In this document: one piece after another, positions 57,637-64,000 of the stretch
Layout of the letters: the number at the start of each line of letters is the position of its first letter
How positions within the stretch are numbered: the stretch's first letter is position 1
Assembly: GCA_964291625.2 (NCBI GenBank)
Contig: OZ220089.1
Coordinates: 4,096,001 to 4,160,000 of the forward strand
Reading direction: 5' to 3'
Source: Candidatus Latescibacterota bacterium
GTDB lineage: Bacteria > Latescibacterota > UBA2968 > UBA8231
DNA: 64,000 nt
Made by a program: the position numbers and the translations under genes
The notes under the pieces: model-generated
Told to the model about the DNA's origin: nothing
Databases searched by the model: none
The model's input: only the letters and a program-made list of their open reading frames with translations

Positions 57637-57665
57637 AAGGTACTCGGGGGTGAAAAGGGAGTCAA
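57637..57665 (-). promoter_or_regulatory. Putative sigma70 promoter for the peptidase/TolB gene
   Basis: TTGACT-17 nt-TACCTT on the minus strand. Confidence 0.55.
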
Positions 57666-57693
57666 AGCCGGTCCGGGGCCTCGGGGGCGGCGC

Positions 57694-58926
57694 TCAAGCC
57701 CCGTACGCCTCGGCCACCTTGGCGACCGCCGCCACCGTGTCGGCCACCTCGGCCTCCCCCCAGTTCTCGTGGATGGCGAAGGAGAAGTGGCTCTCCACGG
57801 CCTCCACGGCGTTGGGGCAGGGGAACTGCGCGTTGCGATCGCCGCCGTACTCCGGCAGGCCCCAGGGGTAGTCGCCGGGCGGGAAGACCCGCCGCTGGCG
57901 GAACCAGTCGGCCTCGGCCACCAGGAACCGGTAGGAGGGGTTCACGGGGATGCCCTCGGCGGCCACGGCGCGGGCGAACAGGTCCTTGCCGACGGTGAAT
58001 CGATCCTCATCGACATGGACACGCTGAAACCAGTACACGGCCTCGGCGCCCGGGAGCTCCGGGGCGCAGTCGACGCCCCCGATCGACTCCAGGCCCGCGG
58101 CTACCGCCTGCGCCGCCCGGCGCCGTCCGGCGACGATCTCCGGCAGCCGCCGCAGTTGCGCCCGCCCCACCGCCGCGGCCAGGTCGTTGCCGTTGAGGTT
58201 GAGGCCGGCGCGCAGGTTGGTGCCGCCTTCCAGGCCGAGGGGCTTGCCGCGGTCGGCGAAGCGCTTGCAGCGCCAGCCGAGGTCCTCGTCGGTGGTGAAG
58301 ACGACCCCGCCCTGGGGTCCGGTGGCGTGATGCTTGCCGCTCATGGTGGAAAACACCCCCAGCGTGCCGAGGGTGCCGGCCATGCGCCCGCCGAAACGGG
58401 CTCCGTGGGCCTGGGCGCAGTCCTCGATCAGCGGCAGGCCGCGGTCCCGGGACAGCTCGAGGATGGCGTCCAGCTCCGCCGGCTCCCCGGCGATGTGGGC
58501 CACCACGATCGCCCGGGTGCGCGGGGACAGGACCGCCTCGATCTGCTCGGGGCCGGCGTTGAAGCTGCCGGGGGCGGCGTCGGCCACCACCGGCACCAGG
58601 TTGAGCAGCGGCACGGGCATGACGCCCCCGGGATCGCTGATCGGCGGCACCACCACCTCGGAGGCCGGCTCCAGCTCCAGGCCGCCGAGGGCGGCGTACA
58701 GCGCCGAGGTGCCCGAGTTCACCAGGTCGGCGAAGCCGCCTCCGTGGGCGGCGGCGAACTCGGCCTCGTAGGCCTGCTCCTCCGGGCCGCCGTAGCCGAT
58801 GGGGGAGCCGCTCTCGATCGCCCGGTCGAAGAGCCGCAGGGCGGCGTCTCTCTCGGCGGCGCCGAAGAGGGCACGGGGCGGGAAGGGAGTCTCTCGAAGG
58901 GGCTTTCCGCCGTCGATGGCCAGCAT
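57694..58926 (-). CDS. DegT/DnrJ/EryC1/StrS family aminotransferase
   Basis: VNSGTSAL, IEDCAQAHGA, FSTMSGK, QGGVV. Confidence 0.92.
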   Translation of the reverse strand: MLAIDGGKPLRETPFPPRALFGAAERDAALRLFDRAIESGSPIGYGGPEEQAYEAEFAAAHGGGFADLVNSGTSALYAALGGLELEPASEVVVPPISDPGGVMPVPLLNLVPVVADAAPGSFNAGPEQIEAVLSPRTRAIVVAHIAGEPAELDAILELSRDRGLPLIEDCAQAHGARFGGRMAGTLGTLGVFSTMSGKHHATGPQGGVVFTTDEDLGWRCKRFADRGKPLGLEGGTNLRAGLNLNGNDLAAAVGRAQLRRLPEIVAGRRRAAQAVAAGLESIGGVDCAPELPGAEAVYWFQRVHVDEDRFTVGKDLFARAVAAEGIPVNPSYRFLVAEADWFRQRRVFPPGDYPWGLPEYGGDRNAQFPCPNAVEAVESHFSFAIHENWGEAEVADTVAAVAKVAEAYGA

Positions 58927-59005
58927 GCACGCCTCCTGTCCGCGGCTCGGGTGGGGTGGTATAATAAGCCGCTTCCCGCCAACCCGTCGCCAGATCCGGA
59001 GTGCC

Positions 59006-60151
59006 TTGACCCCCCTGCTCCTGCTGTCCGCGTACGCCCTCGGCGCCCTGCTCCTGGCGTCGGCGGCCGTCCCTCCCCTCCGCCGCCTGGCCCTGCGCGC
59101 CGGCCTGGTGGACGACCCGGGGGACGCCGACTACAAGACCCACAGCCGCGCCACCCCCTGCGGCGGCGGACTCGCCATCTGGATCGGCGCCTGCGTCCCC
59201 CTCGGGGCCGCCGCCGCCTGGCTCGCCGCCGCCCGGTCCGACCTGATCCACGACGGCGTCGGGTGGATCAGCCCCTGGGCGCCGTACGCCTTCTTCCCCC
59301 TGGAGAGCTGGACCCCCACGGTCCGCGAGGTCAGCCAGGTCCTGTGCCTGCTGGGGGCGGCCACGGCGATCATGCTCCTCGGCCTGGCCGACGATCGCCG
59401 GCCCCTGCCCCCGGCCCTGCGCCTGGGCGTGCAGACCGCCCTGGGAGCGGCCCTCGTCCTCTGGGTGCCGGGGTTCCGACTGGCCACCCCCGGCGGAGGC
59501 GCCCTGGCGGTGGTGCTGAGCATCCTCTGGATCGTGGCCCTGACCAACGCCTTCAACTTCCTCGACAACATGGACGGCCTGGCCGCGGGTCTGGCCGTCC
59601 TCGGACTGGGCGCCTGCGCCGCCCTCGCCCTGGCCGCCGGACACCTGCCCATGGCAGCTCTCTGCCTGGCCTCGGCCGGGGCCTCGGGCGGCTTTCTGGT
59701 CCACAACTTCCCGGCCGCCTCGATCTTCCTGGGCGACGCCGGGGGGCTGTTGCTCGGCTTCCTCTCCGGAGCGGTCTCCGTGTCGCTCAGCTCCCAGCTC
59801 ACGGGGCCGGCCACCGGCCTCTCCGCCGCTCCCTTGCTGCTGCTGCCCCTCGTGCCCTTCGGCCTGCCGGCGTACGACCTGGTCACCGTGGTCTGGCTGC
59901 GGCTGCGCCGGGGCGTCGCCCCCTGGATCGGCGACAACCGCCACGTCAGCCACCGGCTGGTGGCCGCCGGTCTCGACCGCATCCGGGCGGTGCTCGTGCT
60001 CCATGCCCTCACGGCGGCCGTCGCCCTGCCCTGCGCCGCCGCCGGGGGAGGCGGTCCAGCGGCGGCCTGGTGGGCGGTGGCAGGCGGCACGGCGCTGCTC
60101 CTGCTCTTCGGCGGCGCCGAGATCGCCCTGGCCCACGGCCGACGGGGCTGA
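59006..60151 (+). CDS. Glycosyltransferase family 4 (WecA/TagO-like)
   Basis: KTHSRATPCGGG, GLADD, NAFNFLDNMDGL, IFLGDAG, HVSHRL. Confidence 0.9.
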   Translation: MTPLLLLSAYALGALLLASAAVPPLRRLALRAGLVDDPGDADYKTHSRATPCGGGLAIWIGACVPLGAAAAWLAAARSDLIHDGVGWISPWAPYAFFPLESWTPTVREVSQVLCLLGAATAIMLLGLADDRRPLPPALRLGVQTALGAALVLWVPGFRLATPGGGALAVVLSILWIVALTNAFNFLDNMDGLAAGLAVLGLGACAALALAAGHLPMAALCLASAGASGGFLVHNFPAASIFLGDAGGLLLGFLSGAVSVSLSSQLTGPATGLSAAPLLLLPLVPFGLPAYDLVTVVWLRLRRGVAPWIGDNRHVSHRLVAAGLDRIRAVLVLHALTAAVALPCAAAGGGGPAAAWWAVAGGTALLLLFGGAEIALAHGRRG

Positions 60152-60184
60152 AACTCATCAGCCCATCATCCTCACCCCAAACCA

Positions 60185-60934
60185 ATGGTCGAGAGAATGG
60201 CTGACCGTAAACGAATCCTGATCACGGGCGCCGCCGGCAAGGTCGGCAGCGCCCTGCGGCGTTACCTGCGCGATCGCTACGACTTCCGCCTCCTCTTCCA
60301 CCGCAACGTGCCCGAGGTGGAGGCGGGAGACCAGGTCGTCGTCTCCGACCTGTCCAACCTGGAGTGCATGATCGAGATCGGCGAGGGCATGCACGCCATC
60401 GTCCACCTGGGCATCGCCGTGGCCGGCGGCGGCGCGCCCCGGGCCCTGTACAATCAGATGATCTTCGAGGCCAACATCCGCGGCACCTACAACATCTTCG
60501 AGTCGGCGCGCATCAACGGAGTGCCCAAGGTGGTCTTCGCCAGCACCAACCACGTCACCGGGTTCTACGAGAGGGAGGGCGCTGTCTCCCGCCCCGAGCT
60601 GCCCGTCCGCCCGGACAGCATGTACGGCGTCAGCAAGGCCTACGGCGAGGCCCTCGGCCGCTACTACTACGACCAGTACGGGATCTCCTGCTACAACATC
60701 CGCATCGCCAACTTCCCCGAGACCGACGAGGTGAACTCCGAGTACGAGCCGGGCATGAACCGCTGGCTCTCGTCGCGGGACATGGCGGAGCTCACCCACT
60801 GCTGCCTGGCCGGCCCCGACCCGAAGTTCGCCATCGTCTACGGCGCCTCCCTCGGCGGCGAGCTCAAGTGGGACCTGGAGAGCGGCAGGGAGCTGGGCTG
60901 GCAACCGCGGGACCGGGGCGCGCCGTCGCCGTGA
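60185..60934 (+). CDS. NAD-dependent epimerase/dehydratase (uronate dehydrogenase-like)
   Basis: ITGAAGKVG, ASTNHVTG, PDSMYGVSKAYGE, WLSSRD. Confidence 0.88.
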   Translation: MVERMADRKRILITGAAGKVGSALRRYLRDRYDFRLLFHRNVPEVEAGDQVVVSDLSNLECMIEIGEGMHAIVHLGIAVAGGGAPRALYNQMIFEANIRGTYNIFESARINGVPKVVFASTNHVTGFYEREGAVSRPELPVRPDSMYGVSKAYGEALGRYYYDQYGISCYNIRIANFPETDEVNSEYEPGMNRWLSSRDMAELTHCCLAGPDPKFAIVYGASLGGELKWDLESGRELGWQPRDRGAPSP

Positions 60935-61593
60935 CCGCCCCCGTCTCGGGACTGGGCGGCGGCTACGCGGAGTCCCGGCCCGATGCGGGGCCGACGGTGC
61001 GCGCCGTGCTCGAGGCCGCCGCCCCGGGGGCCCGGGGTTCCCGGCTGGTCGTGGTCTCCGGCCCTCCCGGGGTGGGCAAGACGGCCCTCGTGGAGCGGCT
61101 CCTTCCGGTGGTGCCGGGGTCCGTGTGCGTCGACAAGGACGCCGCCGCTGGCGCCTTCGTCCTCGAGGCGGCGCGCCAGGACGGCGTCCCCGGGGCCGGG
61201 GCCTACGGCACCGACCGCTACTGGCGGCGGCTGCGGCCCCTCGAGTACTCCGGGGCGGTGGCCACCGCCTGCGCCAACCTCGTCGGTCGGCGCGTGGTCT
61301 TCCTCGCCGGCGGCTGGGGGCCGGAGCTGGCCTGCCCATCCCTGTGGCCCGCCCTCGGCGAGGCCCTGGCCCCGGCGCGGCTCACCGTCCTCCATCTCGA
61401 CGCCCCCGAGCGCGAGACCTGGCGGCGGCGGCTGCAGACCCGGGGCTCGCGCTCCGACAGCCCCTGGTTCGAGAGCTTCGCCGAGAGCGTCACCTCCCTG
61501 CCCGTGTGGGACGGCGCGGTGCGGCTGGGCACCGACGGCCCGTTCGCCGCCGTCGCCCAGGCCGCCGTGGACGCCCTCGGCATCGACACCTGA
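60931..61593 (+). CDS. P-loop small-molecule kinase-like (AAA_33-type) protein
   Basis: VVVSGPPGVGKT Walker A, VDKD, RRRLQTRG lid; GTG overlaps the upstream stop. Confidence 0.75.
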   Translation: MTAPVSGLGGGYAESRPDAGPTVRAVLEAAAPGARGSRLVVVSGPPGVGKTALVERLLPVVPGSVCVDKDAAAGAFVLEAARQDGVPGAGAYGTDRYWRRLRPLEYSGAVATACANLVGRRVVFLAGGWGPELACPSLWPALGEALAPARLTVLHLDAPERETWRRRLQTRGSRSDSPWFESFAESVTSLPVWDGAVRLGTDGPFAAVAQAAVDALGIDT

Positions 61594-61605
61594 GAGAGGC
61601 CTCCC

Positions 61606-62868
61606 ATGGACATCCTCCACGGCGCCTTCGGTTACGCGGTCCTCATGGGTCTGGCCTGGGCCGCGGGCACCCGGACGGGACCCCCGCCCTGGCGCACGGT
61701 GCTGGCCGCCACCGGGCTGCAGCTGGTCCTGGCGGCGGTGCTCCTCCTCAGCGGCCTGCGCGGCCACGTCTTCGCCATCGTCGGCGGTCTCACCGAGCTC
61801 CTCGAGGTGACGGCGCTGAGGGCCAACGAGTCGCTGCTGTTCTCCGGCGTCACCGGCTCCGAGTTCGTCCGCGCCTACGGCCCGATCCTGGCCCTGGAGA
61901 TCGCCGCCATCATCATCTTCGTCGCCTCCCTCTCCAGGGTCCTCTACCACTACGGGGTCCTGCCCTGGGCGATCGGCCAGCTCAGCCGCTTCATGCAGCG
62001 CCTCTTCGGGATCAGCGCCGCCGAGAGCGTCTCGGTGACCGCCAACATCGTCCTGGGAATGACCGAGGCGCCGCTGCTGATCCGTCCGTACGTGGCGCGC
62101 CTGACCCTCAGCGAGCTGTTCTGCCTGATGACGGCCGGCATGGCGACGATCGCCGGCACGGTGATGGTGGTCTACGCCAGCATGCTCGCGGGAGCCCACC
62201 CGGAGATCGCCGGCCACTTGTTCACCGCGTCCCTGATCAGCGCCCCGGCGGCGGTGGCCGTGGCCAAGCTGATGTACCCGGAGACGGAGGCGCCCGTCAC
62301 CGCCGGCGGCCGCATCGAGCTGGAGAAGGGGGACACCCTCAACGGGCTGGACGCGGCGGCCCGCGGAGCCTCCGAAGGGATGCAGCTGTTCCTCAACATC
62401 CTGGCCATGCTCATCGCCTTCATCGGGCTGGTGGCCCTGGTCAACCTCGCCGTCGGCTGGACGGGGAGGATGGTCGCCGGAGAGGCGGGGGCCGCCTGGA
62501 GCCTTCAGGCGGCCAGCGGCTGGGTGCTGCGCCTGCCCTGCTGGCTCATGGGGGTCTCGTGGTCGGAGGCGGCCGTCATCGGCCAGCTCATGGGCCTCAA
62601 GACGGTCCTCAACGAGTTCGTGGCCTACGTGGAGTTGTCGACGCGCATGAGCGGCGGCCGGAGCGGCCTGAGCGACCGCGCCTTCCTCATCGCCGTGTAC
62701 GCCATGTGCGGCTTCGCCAACTTCGGGTCGGTGGCGATCATGATCGGCGGCGTCGGCAGCATCGCCCCGGAGCGCCGCGGGGACCTGGCCCGGCTGGGGC
62801 TTCGGTCGATCGCGGCCGGGACCCTGGCCACGATGCTCACCGGATGCGTGGTGGGGTTCTTCGTCTGA
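61606..62868 (+). CDS. nupC: Concentrative nucleoside transporter (NupC/CNT family)
   Basis: ANIVLGMTEAPL, GMATIAGTV, KTVLNEFVAY, CGFANFGS. Confidence 0.93.
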   Translation: MDILHGAFGYAVLMGLAWAAGTRTGPPPWRTVLAATGLQLVLAAVLLLSGLRGHVFAIVGGLTELLEVTALRANESLLFSGVTGSEFVRAYGPILALEIAAIIIFVASLSRVLYHYGVLPWAIGQLSRFMQRLFGISAAESVSVTANIVLGMTEAPLLIRPYVARLTLSELFCLMTAGMATIAGTVMVVYASMLAGAHPEIAGHLFTASLISAPAAVAVAKLMYPETEAPVTAGGRIELEKGDTLNGLDAAARGASEGMQLFLNILAMLIAFIGLVALVNLAVGWTGRMVAGEAGAAWSLQAASGWVLRLPCWLMGVSWSEAAVIGQLMGLKTVLNEFVAYVELSTRMSGGRSGLSDRAFLIAVYAMCGFANFGSVAIMIGGVGSIAPERRGDLARLGLRSIAAGTLATMLTGCVVGFFV

Positions 62869-62890
62869 TGGCGGGATCCAAAACCCTGTC

Positions 62891-62925
62891 GAAACGTCGG
62901 TATATATACTATATTAGGACGTTTC
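62891..62925. promoter_or_regulatory. Inverted repeat flanking an AT-rich core (candidate operator/promoter)
   Basis: GAAACGTC-ggtatatatactatattag-GACGTTTC. Confidence 0.55.
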
Positions 62926-62953
62926 CCAAAAACCCATCGCCGTTACGACGACC

Positions 62954-63217
62954 ATGGCCAAGCAACGCAAGTCCGCATACCGGGCCCAGTTCGACGGACA
63001 TCGTCGGCTGGCCGCCGCCGTCATCCTCCAGGCCATCAAGGACATGTCCACCGGTCCCACCTCGCAGGAGCAGGAGAGCGCCGTCGAGTTCCTGCAGGGG
63101 GACATGTGGCCCTTCTCCGACGTCCTCGACCTGCCGGCCGACGGCCGCGCTCTCCAGGACTACCTCAAGACGCTGGAGGTGAAGCACCTCGAGGCCGAGG
63201 CGCCGGGCACCAACTGA
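62954..63217 (+). CDS. Small hypothetical protein
   Basis: 87 aa; RRLAAAVILQAIKD...AVEFL; good codon pattern. Confidence 0.7.
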   Translation: MAKQRKSAYRAQFDGHRRLAAAVILQAIKDMSTGPTSQEQESAVEFLQGDMWPFSDVLDLPADGRALQDYLKTLEVKHLEAEAPGTN

Positions 63218-63263
63218 TCCGGCGCCGATGACCCCCGCGGCCTCGAGGAGCGGGCCCCGCCGA

Positions 63264-64000
63264 TGACCTCCGCGTCCGGCGAACCCCGCTGGCAGTCCGA
63301 TTTCCCCGTGCGCGCGGCGACCCACGGCCCGCGGCACCACTTCTTCGGGTACTACGACAAGACCTGCTGGGACGGCGGCGGGCGCCGCCTCCTCTGCCTC
63401 GAGACGGAGTTCCTGGCGCGGCCCCCCGCCACCGCCGACGGCGCCGCCGTGGGCGTCGTCGACCTCGACGGCGGCGGCTTCCGCGCCCTGGGCCGGACGC
63501 GCGCCTGGTGCTGGCAGCAGAGCTCCATGCTCCACTGGCTGCCGTCGCCCCACGCCACCGGCCACGTGGCCGACCGCGGCCCGGCCCCCGAGACCCCCTG
63601 GATCATCCACAACGACCGCCTGGACCCGGGCGAGGAGCCCGAGAGGCCCAGCGAGCGCGGGTGGGACGGTGTCCCGGGTGATGCCCCCCGCTTCGTGGCG
63701 GTCGTGCGCGAGGCGGAGACCGGCGAGGTGGTGCGCACCCTGCCGCGGCCGGTCTACGCCCTCAGCCGCGACGGCCGCCAGGCGGTGACCCTGAACTTCT
63801 CGCGCCTGCAGCATCAGCGCCCCGGCTACGGATACCCCGGGGTGCCCGACCCCGGGCGGCAAGTGGGCGAGCCGGAGGACGACGGCATCTGGTGGCTCGA
63901 CGTCGAGACCGGCGAGCACCGCCTGATCCTCTCCCTCGCGCAGGTCGCCGGCATCGACCGCGGGCCCGGCTTCGACGGCGCCGTGCACCGCTTCAACCAC
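63264..64000 (+). CDS. Beta-propeller (TolB/oligogalacturonate lyase-like) protein, 5' part only
   Basis: Open frame from ATG 63264 to the window end: HHFFGYYDK, AWCWQQ, LNFSRL...PGYGY, DDGIW. Confidence 0.75.

Noticed and set aside
1-64000. CRISPR arrays, rRNA, IS elements
   Set aside because: No regularly spaced repeats, rRNA-like sequence or transposase motifs noticed by eye

Overview
Very GC-rich, gene-dense bacterial chromosome segment. By gene content and order it is probably an FCB-superphylum organism such as Latescibacterota or Gemmatimonadota; this is inference only. The left part (1-24 kb) is mostly accessory. It holds a YidD-like/TPR/cytochrome c/YceI/DUF5777 envelope cluster, an NAD-salvage operon (pncA-pncB-PLP aminotransferase-nadE) preceded by a structured element with a strong terminator, an intact HipBA plus a decayed VapBC toxin-antitoxin pair, many oxidoreductases, an ankyrin protein, an ECF sigma(TPR)-PcfJ gene pair and a PhyH-HEAT fusion. 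After tRNA-Cys and tRNA-Leu(UAA) comes a core region: pheA, topA with a XerC-like gene lacking most catalytic residues, map, class II RNR nrdJ with NrdR boxes and nrdR, TPR-exbB-exbD-exbD-tonB, an ECF sigma, accD, bioY, a BamA-like OMP, surE, rpmI-rplT-pheS-pheT-zapB-zapA-rny-ymdB-xseAB-pgsA, a frameshifted peptidase/TolB/barrel protein, DegT, WecA-like, NupC. I saw no CRISPR array, rRNA, transposase or prophage. The best leads are the candidate NAD-operon attenuator/riboswitch, the apparently inactive XerC, the ECF-PcfJ module and an RNase Y with an eroded HD site. All family calls come from motif recognition by eye; no database searches were run.
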